From an uncultured bacterium (GTDB lineage: Bacteria; Cloacimonadota; Cloacimonadia; Cloacimonadales; TCS61), in contig CBDUTJ010000008.1 in assembly GCA_965370415.1 (NCBI GenBank), forward strand, positions 9,010 to 73,009: 64,000 bases of DNA. Direction: 5' to 3'. Of this stretch, positions 1 through 10,865 are shown piece after piece (the stretch's first letter is position 1; every line of letters starts with the position of its first letter). The position numbers and the translations under genes were made by a program. The notes under the pieces were generated by a model. It was not told the origin of the DNA. It made no database searches and was given only the letters and a program-made list of their open reading frames with translations.

Positions 1-1719
1 TATCCTGTAATTGATACCGATCCCTTCTTTAAGAACCAGCGGGAAGAGTGAAGATTTTATCTCTATTTCATCTGCAAAAACAGAATCTGCCACGTTATTA
101 TCCATATCAATTTTTGTGTAATAGAATTTATCTGAATTGTAAGATTTCTCGGGAAAGAAATGAGAGTTCATATCGAAACGGCTGTAAAAGCCAACATCTT
201 CGATGAAATAATAGATCAAAGTATTTTTCAGGTCAAATTCATCTGCGGCCAGCCGGAAATCGGTATCAGTGGTTTTAGATATACCTACTTCTATCAGGTT
301 CTTCATGGTGTAGTGAAGAGGATCTTTATCGTAGATCAGGTAATTTTCCAACTGTGTATTAAAAGTGATCGTTGTTTCAGGATTATCTTTATCTACTTCG
401 TTGTTGCTGTTAATGTTCACATTGCCGTGAATAGCACTGGAAAACTTGAGGTTTGCCAGTGATGCTTCCAGAAAGCTTTCTTCCAATATGCCAGCTCCGG
501 CCATATTAGTGGGATTATCATCCTCATCGGTCTTCATCACGATCGTTAATTTCTGCACTTTGCCTTTTTCTACAAAAACTGTAGTGAAATCTCGATAAGT
601 ATTAAAAGGCTCATTATTAACTGTAATTTTGTAAATACCTGGTTTTAGAACCCAGACCTTTTCCTGCTCTCCCACCTCTTCTTCAGCCGGGAATTCACTA
701 CCGAAACTTTCACCATTTTCCAAATCGAACACTTCATATCTTACTTTAGCAAAGTTTCGTTTTTCATCCATTATATCAACTATCAGGCATCCCCAATCGG
801 GTTCGATGATAGTTTTATATCTGGGTACTACCTTGATATTATCCTGTTCCATCAGTTGATCGGCTTTTCCTGAACCATATTTAATACTGTATATCCCATC
901 CAGAAGAAGAATCGCTGTTCCCATTTGTCCAGATTGCTCATACCCGTATTTATCGATTATCTTATAATGGGGTTCATTATCTGAGCGGGTTATGGCAGGA
1001 AGCAGCAGTAGCCCTTTACCACCACTGATTTTTTCTTCTTCGGAAATTTCAAATATCAGTGGTTCTGCTGCTTCTTTTGTTATAATGGAGGGAAGAACAG
1101 CTTCGACATCCAACGCAGAATATAAAATTATTTTCCTGATAAAGTTATCGGTTTCATTCAACAGTATATCATTTACCGTCTGTACAAAGGTATCCACATC
1201 ATCGAATAGCAGAGCTTTTTCTATGTTTACGGAATGCTCAACCAGTATATCTGCTTGTTCGCTTTTTCTAAAAACAAAATCTATGTTCAAGCGAGCTTGC
1301 TGTACAGTTTCCGATTTGTAAAGTTCAATATTGTTGAGATTTGTAATGATCTCATAATCGGCTCGAGTGGTGAGGATTTCTCTTTGAGTTCGCTTAAAGA
1401 TATTATAACTGTTCAGCCTTTTGGAGATAAGATCGGGTACAGTTTTGGAAAGTTTAACACCCCAGAGATCATAATTTGAATAAGTTATGCGGGGACCAAA
1501 ATGCCTGATCACAATCTGGTTCTTATTATAAGTTTTGGGAATCTTGGTGTCATACACATAAACCGAAAGTTCCAGCGGAGTTTCCTGACGCAGTTCTTCC
1601 TTTTCGGAATGCTGATAATATTCCAGAATATAGTAGTTGGGAGATACTAATTCTCCAGCTGAACAACCCAATAATAAAATAAATATTATACCACAAAACA
1701 GAATTCCAAATTTATTCAT
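1..1719 (-). CDS. Lipoprotein of unknown function; C-terminus runs off the left window edge (absent from the supplied ORF track)
   Basis: Minus-strand frame is open from ATG at 1719..1717 to base 1 (I checked every in-frame plus-strand triplet for tta/cta/tca and found none). N-terminus MNKFGILFCGIIFILLLGCSAG is a signal peptide plus lipobox Cys. It starts 14 nt after the MCE gene stop. The listed + ORFs 160..462, 992..1321 and 1234..1479 are antisense shadows. Confidence 0.6.
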   Translation of the reverse strand, partial: MNKFGILFCGIIFILLLGCSAGELVSPNYYILEYYQHSEKEELRQETPLELSVYVYDTKIPKTYNKNQIVIRHFGPRITYSNYDLWGVKLSKTVPDLISKRLNSYNIFKRTQREILTTRADYEIITNLNNIELYKSETVQQARLNIDFVFRKSEQADILVEHSVNIEKALLFDDVDTFVQTVNDILLNETDNFIRKIILYSALDVEAVLPSIITKEAAEPLIFEISEEEKISGGKGLLLLPAITRSDNEPHYKIIDKYGYEQSGQMGTAILLLDGIYSIKYGSGKADQLMEQDNIKVVPRYKTIIEPDWGCLIVDIMDEKRNFAKVRYEVFDLENGESFGSEFPAEEEVGEQEKVWVLKPGIYKITVNNEPFNTYRDFTTVFVEKGKVQKLTIVMKTDEDDNPTNMAGAGILEESFLEASLANLKFSSAIHGNVNINSNNEVDKDNPETTITFNTQLENYLIYDKDPLHYTMKNLIEVGISKTTDTDFRLAADEFDLKNTLIYYFIEDVGFYSRFDMNSHFFPEKSYNSDKFYYTKIDMDNNVADSVFADEIEIKSSLFPLVLKEGIGINYRI

Positions 1720-1733
1720 AATTTACATCCCTG

Positions 1734-2645
1734 TTATTTTTTCCTGCTCCTGATAAGAAGTGACGGATCGTCACTTATCTGTCGGGAAAAATCATTCAAA
1801 TATTCAATTGTTTCCTTCAAGGCTTCAATAGTATCCAAAATATCCTGCCTGCTCTCCAGATGAGTCGCATCGATACGACTCAAAGTTAAATCTAGTTTTT
1901 TAATGGCAGTATTCATATCGATAAGTAATTCTTCCAGGTTGGAATTTGCAATATCAATTGTTATTTTTTCAGCGTTGGAAACAATATTCTCAATCTCTCC
2001 CGATTGCATGATCTGTCTTGTTTCATCAGCTATGATCGCCAGATCCCGGGTAGTTGAACTCAAGCTCGTTAAAATACTATTGATAGATTGCTGGTTATCA
2101 GTTATAATCTGATCTGCGTTGTTAATAATATTGTTTATTTTTTTTCTGTTTTCTTCGTTAGTTATTTCAGCAAGGTTGTTTAGCAGTTGTTCCAGTTTCT
2201 CAGAGATAATTTCTGCTTTTCCCGAAATACTTTCGAAAGTGGAAACTCCAGCTGGGAGAAAAGATTTTGTCTTTAGAAAAGAAGCTTCTTTGCTACCACC
2301 GGTTATTTCAACCTGCAGCAGGCCGGTAATACCAATGGGAATCAGGGAAGCTCGCATATCTTCTTTGATGGGTGTTCCTGCTTTTATACTTACGGTTACA
2401 ATAATATTGGTCACATCTTCGGCATCGATGATAATATCATCTACCCGGCCGATGCCGATACCGCGGTACTTTACCGGACCACCTACCTGCAAACCGGAAA
2501 CTGAAGTATTTTCATAACGGATATAGTAAATATCACGTTTTTCCATGATCTTACTACCTGCTACCAGTATCAGAAAGATTATCATCAGAACAGAAAATAC
2601 AACTATAAAAATTCCTAATCTGAATTTCTGCGCACTACTCACCAT
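1734..2645 (-). CDS. MCE/MlaD-family protein (N-terminal TM helix, MCE domain, long helical C-terminus)
   Basis: TM helix LGIFIVVFSVLMIIFLILV followed by the MCE-type core VSGLQVGGPVKYRGIGIGRVDDI...IPIGITGLLQVEI. AAGGAG SD upstream of the ATG. Confidence 0.75.
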   Translation of the reverse strand: MVSSAQKFRLGIFIVVFSVLMIIFLILVAGSKIMEKRDIYYIRYENTSVSGLQVGGPVKYRGIGIGRVDDIIIDAEDVTNIIVTVSIKAGTPIKEDMRASLIPIGITGLLQVEITGGSKEASFLKTKSFLPAGVSTFESISGKAEIISEKLEQLLNNLAEITNEENRKKINNIINNADQIITDNQQSINSILTSLSSTTRDLAIIADETRQIMQSGEIENIVSNAEKITIDIANSNLEELLIDMNTAIKKLDLTLSRIDATHLESRQDILDTIEALKETIEYLNDFSRQISDDPSLLIRSRKK

Positions 2646-2765
2646 AAAAACTCCTTAATTGTTTTCGGAAATTATTTTAAATTCTATCAATGTCAAGTAA
2701 AAATAGCTATTTAGTGTTAGAAAGAAATTATAATACTATATTAATTACCAAAAAAAATGTTATTT

Positions 2766-5700
2766 TTAAAACATTATTTCGATCCAGATGCTCAGGCTGA
2801 AAGTGCTTATTTGCTGGTCACGTTTATGATCATCACTCCATTCATAATTACTGGTCAGGCCACCATAAATATTTTTACTGAATTTATACGAAGCACCCGG
2901 ACTGATGGTGTATCTGATCTTATTTGTGGTTTCTTCAAACGTTTCACGACCCTTTATAGTGGCGCGTGTTTTTTCCAGGTTAAAATTGAGTTGAGTGGTA
3001 AGTTCATTCTTCAGCTTTGTTCTTTTAAAGAAAAGGATTTTTAATCCTTTGGCTGCCGAAAAAGACCATTCAAGATGTGCAGCCATCGATTGTGTTATTG
3101 ATCGATTCACTGAACTGGTATAATGGGTTATTGTTTTTGAATCGGAATAATTAACACTCAGGCTGCTGGTAATGTTATGAACCCAATTACCATGCCAGGA
3201 GAGCAGCGGATTAAAGTTAATATTGATATTCTCTCTATCTGGACTGGTAAAATCCAGGTCTCCATCTTCGGTAATAGAATAGACATAGCTACTGGTCAGG
3301 CGGGAACTGGTTAGTATATTTTCAACTTTTATCAGTTTTTCAAATTCACTTAAAACCACACTTATATTAGGAAAAGTTGTTCTTACAGACATGTTGCTGT
3401 AATTACCAAAGCTACGCTTAATTTCCATGGAATATCCATAAGTTGTATTCAGGTTGTTCAAAATGGGAAATCCCACAGAAGTAGATATTTTGTCGTTAAT
3501 GTTCTTGGAAAGTATTTCTTTGTTATCTCCGGTTTCATTAAGAATATGCGGCAGTCCGAGCTGATATAGAAAATCGGGGCGTTCTTTTCTATCGTCATAG
3601 GTAGTCTTGTAAGTATTATCATAATTTATAGTTATATTTTCTATTCTGCTGATATAGCCTACAATTGAAGCCAGAATGTTCTTTTTTCTTTTAGGAACTT
3701 CGGTTTCTCCATCATCTATACCGGAAGTTATACTCTCTTCTTTTTTTATAGTTTCGGGTTCTTTTTCTTCGGCTGGTTTCAAAGTGGTATCATCACGGGA
3801 TTCTTCCTGAAAATCATACCTCAAATCAGTTTCTTCTTCAATTTGTTCTCTTCCTAATTCTTCTTCGTTAGATTTTTGATCTTCGGGCATGCTTTCAGGG
3901 ATTTGTTCAAATTTTTCCTGCTCTTCTTCCATTTCCAATTCCTGAGTACTGGACGGTACAGGACTTAGTTTTTTATCCAGCCAGGTTGCCAGGTCATGTA
4001 AAAGGTCGTGGTTTTTTAAGGTAAAGCTGCCACCTATCTTTCGTGTAACATTTCCTTTGTAATACAATGTATCCTGCGTACCAATTTTAATATGATCCTC
4101 ATTATAATTTACACTCGTATCTATATCGAACACAAAGATATTATCCAGGTATTTCGGATCGTATTTCAGCCCGATATCCTGATTACGTTTTTTTTCTTCT
4201 CCAATATTATATTTCTTCCAGTAATTTCTCAACATCAGATCCCGTTTTGTTGTCAGGTTGTATGAAGCAGAAATATCACTGAAAATATCATATTTCACAT
4301 TTGTAGTTGTATCAAGTGTCCGGGTTCGCGTGGTATTGCTTCGCACAACCCAATGCGGAATAGAATCTGTGATAGTTTCCCAGTACCAGCGTTTAGGGTC
4401 AGCATCGGTATAGTTAAAAGTATTATTAAAAGACTGTGGGAAGAAGAAGAATTTATAATTACCCCATAAACCGATATCAACATCATCTTTATTGAAAGTG
4501 AGCTTGTAGGTGTGTCGCAAATTCCAGGTAAGGGTTGTATCAGCACTGATGGCCGAGAGGGTTTTCTTTTTTTCTATGCTGGAATAAAGGGTGGTGTTTT
4601 TAATAGTATAGGCAAGTATCTTACTTTTTGGAGTTTTGTCCTGACTGATATTAATGTTGGCATTGTAGATCAATGATCTATTGACTTCACGTTTTTTATC
4701 TTCCTCGCTCAGATCTTCTCTTAAAATATCGGAAGCAGATTGGAACCGCGGGATACCCAGAGATTGATTCCTGGATAAGTTTAAGGGCATTCTCAATCCC
4801 CATTCGGCAGGAAAGAATTTGTGCAGAGAATATTCATTAGATATGTTCAATTGGGTTCTTTCAACAAGTGCACTTGTATTGTAAGAACCGCTGCGAATAG
4901 CGGAATTCTGAAAATTTTCCGTCCTCCAGTCCAGAATAACAGTAAGATCGGAAAAATCTGCAAATTTTGTAAAAAAGGTAGCCCTGGAAGCAAAGCCGAT
5001 ATCCTCGTAGGGATCTGCTACCCTGATGTCATCAAAATACAGCCTCCCACTGAACTCTTCTGTGGCAACCATGCCAAGTGATATTTGCCTGATATTGATT
5101 AGATTTGGTTCACCGATCATGCTGAATCTGTAACCATCTTTTATGTAGGAAACACTATCTTTTGCAGAAAGTGATTTCAGGTGAGTTATATAGGAATAAG
5201 GTATTTCAAACTGGTGCCAGGCATCTCTATCCATTTCCGGATAATATTCCATTAGCTCAAGCTCATGTCGTATTTCATAATAATTTAATGAATCGGCTCC
5301 TAATCTTATTATTAAAGAATCAGGTTTTTCTCCGATAGGAGCAAATTCCAAAGCCTCTGCATATACCCAGAATCTGATTTTATTATAAGTTAAAAGATTG
5401 TAAGGTTCTCTGAACTCCTGAGTTGCCAGAGCGTAATGACCGCTACTAAGATTGGTGTAATCAATAATCAGAGACTGTTCAAGAGTTTCTTCTCCCCTCT
5501 CTTCGATAACTGTATGAGGTGCTGGAGTATAGTGCATATCTTTCTGATTATCAATGATACCGACCAGCATATTTTCCTCTTCAGAAACGATGATATTATC
5601 GTTCTCATCTCTTATGAAACCCTCTTCCCATTTATTACCCACCACACCGATGGATACAATCTTCACTCTTGTACTGTCTTCTACTTCAAACCAGAGACGA

Positions 5701-8700
5701 GCATAACTTATCTTCTTAATATTGGGAACTTTCCCGGGTTCATTAGATACTATCCGATAATTCTCAGAATCATGCAATGGGATGCGGTACAATCTCCAAC
5801 CTTTATACTCGCTTTCCAGGAATTCTTCGCCATCATTAAGGCATACAGAATACTCAAAATAAATATCAATAGTATTCAAACTACCGTTATTATCGAGGTC
5901 TTCGGTATCAAGTTTGTTATTTCCTTCTGTTCCATTGATCTTGGGATATTCTACCTCGCCGTTAATTGTAACCTCATCGTTATCGTAATCATCATCAGGA
6001 TCATCTCCGGGGTCACCATTAGCAATTCTGTCCAGTCCAACGTCCTCCAGTCCGTCCAGAATACCATCCCGGGCTACAAGACCATCTTCCATATCCAATA
6101 TGCCCTCGCCGTTTTCGTCGGTAAAAGTATAAAAGTTCTCGTTTATTGCACCAAGATCGATATGCATAATAACAGGTTTTGAAGGTTGATTATTATTCAG
6201 GGTATCCACTCTTGCCAATATCTCAATATAGCGCTTTTTAGAAAAATCGATTTCATTCCCGATATATTTCATAACGCCGGTCCAGTGTTTCATCTCCATT
6301 CCCGGAATCCCCAAAGCTAATGGTTTGATCTTGCAGGCAAGAACAGAAACTTTTTCTCTCTCTTCCTTTTCGGTAAGAGATCCGGGATTGTATACATCCC
6401 TGGCATATATGTCCTGTGGATTATAAAAATTTATAGCAGCTTTTCCAAAATCGATATAATTTCCATCCGGGAATTCTGCTGGACGGCTAGCCGGATCCCA
6501 GGTTACCCTGGTTACTCCCAGTGGATAGGTGTCCAGAATAGATTCCATATCATCGATGTAGGCTTCTTTTTTGTCGTGCTGTTTGGAACTGCCGTATATC
6601 CTGGGAAGACTCATAGCTACTTCCCCGGAAAGAGTAACAGTCGATTTACTATCTGTTCTTATTAGTGGAAACCAGTCGATTATCTTTGTTATAAAAGGTA
6701 GTTCATATTCCAGTTCGCCATCAATATCAGCCAGGATGATACTACGGTTCTCATTACCGATCTTCGGTCGGTCTTCCTTTACTTTTTCAGATTGATAAAT
6801 AAATGTTCCACCTACTTTCAAGTTCTTATTAAATCGCATATCGGCACGAATACCCATGATCGTCTTGCTTTCTACCGAAAACAACGGCTTAAACTGGTAA
6901 TCAATATAAATATCTACATCGGGATTTTTGGCTTCCGAAGCGAGAAAAGTGATCATGCCAAAATCGTAATCGACAAGATAATCGATACCTTCTGTCAGCT
7001 TGGTTTTATTGGGACCAATTTTAATAATCACACTTCCCGGTAGAATATTCATTTGCCCCAGAGAAACCTGGTCACGTCCGATTTGACCTTTAACAGAAAT
7101 ATAATTACTAACTTCTGTATAAGATACTTCCTCATCCTCATATATTACGCTGTCTTCAAGAGCATAAAAAGGCTTGATAAAGGGGAATATGATATGACCG
7201 GAATCCAGGTGTATCGGTGCATCATCTCCATTTATCCCACCGTATCCATTCGTATCCAGCCGCAGGTAATCATTATATGTCAAACTGGTTTGCTCAATCC
7301 CCGATGGTACAAGAGCGGAAGGAATATTGTAAATGGGTTCATTGCTGGGGTTAAGCGAATAAATATTAAGATCAAAGCCATCACTACGGATATTCTGCAT
7401 ACCCAGGCTGTAGATATTGCGAACAGTCAGGTTCCAATATTCCAGGTCGTTAGTGAAATCCTGGTTCCTTTTTTTCAGCAGTTTCACCTGCACCGGTACA
7501 GATGAATCGTCACCCACAACTATACCATCCATCCTGGTGTAGGTTATACCAACAGTGTATTGTTTACTTATTGTATTGGGTAGGATCAGGGTTATGATTC
7601 CGCCCTCATAATCAACAACGTAATCAGAACCTTCTATCAGAACATCAAAATAATAAACATCCTCGTAGTCTATTTCTCTTCCTTCAATAGTTGTCTGGTT
7701 GTTATTAGCATAGCCATCATCCATATAAACCGTAATTTTTTCTTCAGGATCCGGTAAAACAGCAGCTCCTGCTGGAGTTAATATCCATTTACCATTTTCC
7801 AGCACAATAGCATTGTCTTTCCAACCCATGGGATAGTCAACACCTTCTTGGCCAATGCTTTCATTGTATAATTGATATAATGAATCTGGTTGATCGATGA
7901 AATAATGCGTCCGCTTTACATAGTTACGGCTCTGTATCACAGTAGAATCTGCCTGAGAATCTCCACGCCAGGTCTGAGTACTTTTTTTGGCTTCATCTTT
8001 TCCCAGGATGGTTGTAATTTCCAGGTTGCCGGCTTCCAATTCCGTTTTTATACCAAACAAACCTTCCGAAGAAGTACTGTAACTGAAAAGCCTGGAGCCG
8101 GTTAAAGCCAGAGATATGTTTCCACCATCAATACGTTTCACAACTTCGTCTTCTACACCTTCATAGTTAATGTTTATCTCGGTTGGCACTACAATTACAT
8201 CACTTTCGGAACTGGATTGATGATTGATGTTAACATGAATTTTCTCTCCGATAGTTCCTTTCAGGCGAAGGTTCAGATCCTGTCTTATCTCCAGATCAAA
8301 ATTATTTCTTCTTTTCTTTTCAGTACCGGGATCATAGCGGGAAGAACTGCTGCCGGCAAACGTTAATTTCTGGTTTCCGTCCAGGCTAAGACGACCGGCT
8401 TTATTTCCCATGAATCTGCGAACAGCTTTTGGAAGAGCGATTTTAGGAAGATCTATAATGATCTCCGGGATAAGTCCAGCACTCTCCGATCTGTCTGTAG
8501 TGCTAAGCAATTCCCTGCTATTTGCTTTTAATTTATCACGATAAAATTTTTTAAAATTGTTTTGAACATAACTATCTAGCGAAATGTAGACAGGAGGATA
8601 TAATTCTATCTGGTTATATTTGACTTGAAGCTTAACGTTTTTTTCTTCAAAATCGATCTCTTTTTCTGTGGTAATTCGAATTCCACTGAAGAAATTTCTG

Positions 8701-8864
8701 GGAGCGCTGGTGATAGAATATCCTTTGTGAAGCTTATAGAAATCGATCTCATTACCTTCCATTTGAGCACATCCATTCAGGCTGATAGCCGGCAGGAATA
8801 CGTTTGCAGCAACGCTTCCAAAACCAAATAGTGCTAATATCAAAAGGAATACTTTTCTATTCAT
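2766..8864 (-). CDS. sprA: SprA/Sov-like type IX secretion translocon (giant outer-membrane beta-barrel protein)
   Basis: 2032-aa ORF with signal peptide MNRKVFLLILALFGFGSVAA and a C-terminal aromatic residue (..WIEIMF). The block GTIGEKIHVNINHQS..YEGVEDEVVKRIDGGNISLALTGSRLF..GLFGIKTELEAGNLEITTILGK resembles, from memory, the conserved N-terminal block of SprA/Sov. This is recall-based, not a search. Confidence 0.65.
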   Translation of the reverse strand: MNRKVFLLILALFGFGSVAANVFLPAISLNGCAQMEGNEIDFYKLHKGYSITSAPRNFFSGIRITTEKEIDFEEKNVKLQVKYNQIELYPPVYISLDSYVQNNFKKFYRDKLKANSRELLSTTDRSESAGLIPEIIIDLPKIALPKAVRRFMGNKAGRLSLDGNQKLTFAGSSSSRYDPGTEKKRRNNFDLEIRQDLNLRLKGTIGEKIHVNINHQSSSESDVIVVPTEININYEGVEDEVVKRIDGGNISLALTGSRLFSYSTSSEGLFGIKTELEAGNLEITTILGKDEAKKSTQTWRGDSQADSTVIQSRNYVKRTHYFIDQPDSLYQLYNESIGQEGVDYPMGWKDNAIVLENGKWILTPAGAAVLPDPEEKITVYMDDGYANNNQTTIEGREIDYEDVYYFDVLIEGSDYVVDYEGGIITLILPNTISKQYTVGITYTRMDGIVVGDDSSVPVQVKLLKKRNQDFTNDLEYWNLTVRNIYSLGMQNIRSDGFDLNIYSLNPSNEPIYNIPSALVPSGIEQTSLTYNDYLRLDTNGYGGINGDDAPIHLDSGHIIFPFIKPFYALEDSVIYEDEEVSYTEVSNYISVKGQIGRDQVSLGQMNILPGSVIIKIGPNKTKLTEGIDYLVDYDFGMITFLASEAKNPDVDIYIDYQFKPLFSVESKTIMGIRADMRFNKNLKVGGTFIYQSEKVKEDRPKIGNENRSIILADIDGELEYELPFITKIIDWFPLIRTDSKSTVTLSGEVAMSLPRIYGSSKQHDKKEAYIDDMESILDTYPLGVTRVTWDPASRPAEFPDGNYIDFGKAAINFYNPQDIYARDVYNPGSLTEKEEREKVSVLACKIKPLALGIPGMEMKHWTGVMKYIGNEIDFSKKRYIEILARVDTLNNNQPSKPVIMHIDLGAINENFYTFTDENGEGILDMEDGLVARDGILDGLEDVGLDRIANGDPGDDPDDDYDNDEVTINGEVEYPKINGTEGNNKLDTEDLDNNGSLNTIDIYFEYSVCLNDGEEFLESEYKGWRLYRIPLHDSENYRIVSNEPGKVPNIKKISYARLWFEVEDSTRVKIVSIGVVGNKWEEGFIRDENDNIIVSEEENMLVGIIDNQKDMHYTPAPHTVIEERGEETLEQSLIIDYTNLSSGHYALATQEFREPYNLLTYNKIRFWVYAEALEFAPIGEKPDSLIIRLGADSLNYYEIRHELELMEYYPEMDRDAWHQFEIPYSYITHLKSLSAKDSVSYIKDGYRFSMIGEPNLINIRQISLGMVATEEFSGRLYFDDIRVADPYEDIGFASRATFFTKFADFSDLTVILDWRTENFQNSAIRSGSYNTSALVERTQLNISNEYSLHKFFPAEWGLRMPLNLSRNQSLGIPRFQSASDILREDLSEEDKKREVNRSLIYNANINISQDKTPKSKILAYTIKNTTLYSSIEKKKTLSAISADTTLTWNLRHTYKLTFNKDDVDIGLWGNYKFFFFPQSFNNTFNYTDADPKRWYWETITDSIPHWVVRSNTTRTRTLDTTTNVKYDIFSDISASYNLTTKRDLMLRNYWKKYNIGEEKKRNQDIGLKYDPKYLDNIFVFDIDTSVNYNEDHIKIGTQDTLYYKGNVTRKIGGSFTLKNHDLLHDLATWLDKKLSPVPSSTQELEMEEEQEKFEQIPESMPEDQKSNEEELGREQIEEETDLRYDFQEESRDDTTLKPAEEKEPETIKKEESITSGIDDGETEVPKRKKNILASIVGYISRIENITINYDNTYKTTYDDRKERPDFLYQLGLPHILNETGDNKEILSKNINDKISTSVGFPILNNLNTTYGYSMEIKRSFGNYSNMSVRTTFPNISVVLSEFEKLIKVENILTSSRLTSSYVYSITEDGDLDFTSPDRENININFNPLLSWHGNWVHNITSSLSVNYSDSKTITHYTSSVNRSITQSMAAHLEWSFSAAKGLKILFFKRTKLKNELTTQLNFNLEKTRATIKGRETFEETTNKIRYTISPGASYKFSKNIYGGLTSNYEWSDDHKRDQQISTFSLSIWIEIMF

Positions 8865-8873
8865 TTAACCTGA

Positions 8874-9647
8874 TTATTGCTGGCAGATCATGTTCAGACC
8901 ATCCAGGGTCAGCATTTTATCGATCACATCAATCTCCTTTGAATTTCTGCAGATCAATTCGGCAATACCTCCTGTGGCAATGGTTTTAATTTTTCCCAGA
9001 TTTTTATATTGCTCTTTCAATGCCTTAACAAATCCATCCAGCATGATTGCATTCCCTGTAATAATACCGGAAAGAAGAGCATCTTTTGTGTTGGTTCCCA
9101 GCAAAGTTTCAGGAGTTTGCAACTGAATATTCGATAGCAACGCTGCAGATTCAAACAGGTTTTTAGCTGAGGTTATTACGCCTGGTGAAATGATAGTTCC
9201 GTAAAAATTACCGTCTGCACTCACAAGCTGAATGGTAGTGGCTGTCCCGAAATCGCAGATAATGCAGTTCGTTTTGTATTTTTTTAAGGCAGAAAAGGCA
9301 TTTACTACAAGGTCCGAACCGATAAATCCGGGATCCTTTACAGGATATTTCAGTCCCAGATCGGTATAAGCATCAACCACTTGCAGTGGACATTTAATGT
9401 ATTTCTGGTTCAAGTGAGAAAACAGACGTGTTAATTCCGGCACAACTGAGGAGATCACAGCTTTTCTTACCCTATTAAAATCGATTTCATTCTCTACTGC
9501 AAGGCTTTTTATAATAGTGTAATATTCGTCTTCTGTTCTGTATTTGTCGGTACCTAATCTCCAGGAACACACTATTGTTCCCCCGGAGTAGAAACCCATT
9601 ACAATATGGGTGTTGCCTATATCAATAACCATGTTGTAATTTTTCAT
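8874..9647 (-). CDS. coaX: Type III pantothenate kinase
   Basis: N-terminal VIDIGNTHIVMGFY phosphate-1 motif, internal DFGTATT and C-terminal ATGG motifs of the ASKHA-fold CoaX family; 257 aa. Confidence 0.85.
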   Translation of the reverse strand: MKNYNMVIDIGNTHIVMGFYSGGTIVCSWRLGTDKYRTEDEYYTIIKSLAVENEIDFNRVRKAVISSVVPELTRLFSHLNQKYIKCPLQVVDAYTDLGLKYPVKDPGFIGSDLVVNAFSALKKYKTNCIICDFGTATTIQLVSADGNFYGTIISPGVITSAKNLFESAALLSNIQLQTPETLLGTNTKDALLSGIITGNAIMLDGFVKALKEQYKNLGKIKTIATGGIAELICRNSKEIDVIDKMLTLDGLNMICQQ

Positions 9648-9789
9648 ATATTCTTCTCCATTTTTAGATATAATCGTAGATTATAATCTTAAAGGTAAAA
9701 ATAAAAAATAAATTTAACATGGAAAACTGTCGAAAATTTTCTTTCGTCATATATTTTGTCAATAAAAGTTTAATTATAATATTAATAAT

Positions 9790-9813
9790 AAAAGCCGACT
9801 TGTGTCGGCTTTT
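9790..9813 (-). terminator. Intrinsic terminator downstream of the ferredoxin gene
   Basis: aaaagccgac-ttgt-gtcggctttt: 10-bp stem with 4-nt loop. On the minus strand it is followed by a T-rich run, 27 nt after the ferredoxin stop. Confidence 0.55.
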
Positions 9814-9839
9814 AATTTCTAAAATTGATTAAATCTTTT

Positions 9840-10022
9840 TTATAAACTAATTGATTCAACGGGGCAGGCTTCAATGCAAACTTCACAATCAATACACTTC
9901 TCTGCATCGCAAACTGCTTTTTCGTCAACCATTTCAAGAGCTTCAACCGGACAAGTCTCGATACAAGCACCGCATCCTGTGCAGGTTTCTTTATTAATGA
10001 TAACAGCCATTTTTCCCTCCAA
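9840..10022 (-). CDS. 2x[4Fe-4S] ferredoxin
   Basis: Two CxxCxxCxxxCP clusters: CTGCGACIETCP and CIDCEVCIEACP; 60 aa. Confidence 0.85.
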   Translation of the reverse strand: MEGKMAVIINKETCTGCGACIETCPVEALEMVDEKAVCDAEKCIDCEVCIEACPVESISL

Positions 10023-10087
10023 TTAAAAATTCTGTGGCAAAAATATTTATTCGACTTTTTCTTTCAAGCTTTTTTTAAGAACTGACC

Positions 10088-10855
10088 TTATAAATCATTT
10101 TTCTTTTCAACCAGAAAGAAATTACAGGCATTGCGATAGGTTATTTCCGCCACCTTCCTGGGAGAAATACCACGAATATCAGCTATCTTCTCAATTACAT
10201 AACGAAGAAATAATGGAGAGTTTCGCTTTCTGCGCATGGGAACAGGAGTTAAATAAGGAGAATCAGTTTCGATAAAGAACCTGTCGGGTGGAACCAGGCG
10301 AATAACATTTTCCAGATTGCTATTTTTATATGTTATAGATCCAGTGAAAGATATATACCAGCCTTTTTTTATAACTTTCTCGGTAAAGATCTCATCTCCC
10401 GAAAAGCAGTGAAATACCACCTTCTCCGGATTATGCCTGGACAGGATATCGAAACAATCATCGTGAGCTTCTCTGTCATGAACAATAATTGGTAATTCTA
10501 ATTCCATGGCAATTTTGATCTGCTCTTCGAACACATTTCTCTGAATATCGCGCGGAGAGAGATCACGATAATAATCGAGTCCGATCTCTCCGATAGCAAC
10601 TACTTTGGGATGTCGGGCAATTTTCAACAGGAAATTTCTATCGTATTTTTCAGCATCATGTGGATGAAATCCTACGGCTACAAATATCTGTTTATATTTT
10701 TCTGCCAGTGCAATACTCTGCCGACACGTTTTCTGCTCTACTCCCACATTGACGATGTACTCTATTCCATTTTTAAAACAGTTTTGTAAAACCTGTTCTC
10801 TATCTTTATCATATTGAGAAAAATCCAGATGGGCATGAGTTTCAAATATTTTCAT
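10088..10855 (-). CDS. TatD-family metal-dependent hydrolase/DNase
   Basis: N-terminal FETHAHLD His-x-His metal motif, GEIGLDY, HCFSG and ETDSPYL motifs typical of TatD; 255 aa. Confidence 0.85.
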   Translation of the reverse strand: MKIFETHAHLDFSQYDKDREQVLQNCFKNGIEYIVNVGVEQKTCRQSIALAEKYKQIFVAVGFHPHDAEKYDRNFLLKIARHPKVVAIGEIGLDYYRDLSPRDIQRNVFEEQIKIAMELELPIIVHDREAHDDCFDILSRHNPEKVVFHCFSGDEIFTEKVIKKGWYISFTGSITYKNSNLENVIRLVPPDRFFIETDSPYLTPVPMRRKRNSPLFLRYVIEKIADIRGISPRKVAEITYRNACNFFLVEKKNDL

Positions 10856-10865
10856 ATCACTCCCA

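Noticed and set aside
3700-3960. Acidic low-complexity stretch in the SprA-like protein (..EEEQEKFEQIPESMPEDQKSNEEELGREQIEEETDLRYDFQEESRDD..KPAEEKEPETIKKEE..) that looked like a possible fusion or inserted element.
   Set aside because: It is in frame, has no flanking repeats or ORF boundaries, and fits a disordered surface loop in a giant barrel protein.
2757-8989. Many 60-250-aa ORFs inside or antisense to the SprA-like gene (e.g. 2757..3044, 4295..4546, 4821..5081, 5436..6182, 6571..7505, 7890..8105, 8625..8989).
   Set aside because: All are nested within a continuous 2032-aa ORF with coherent protein features. They have low-complexity, Ile/Phe/Ser-rich translations typical of antisense frames in AT-rich DNA, and no SD sites.
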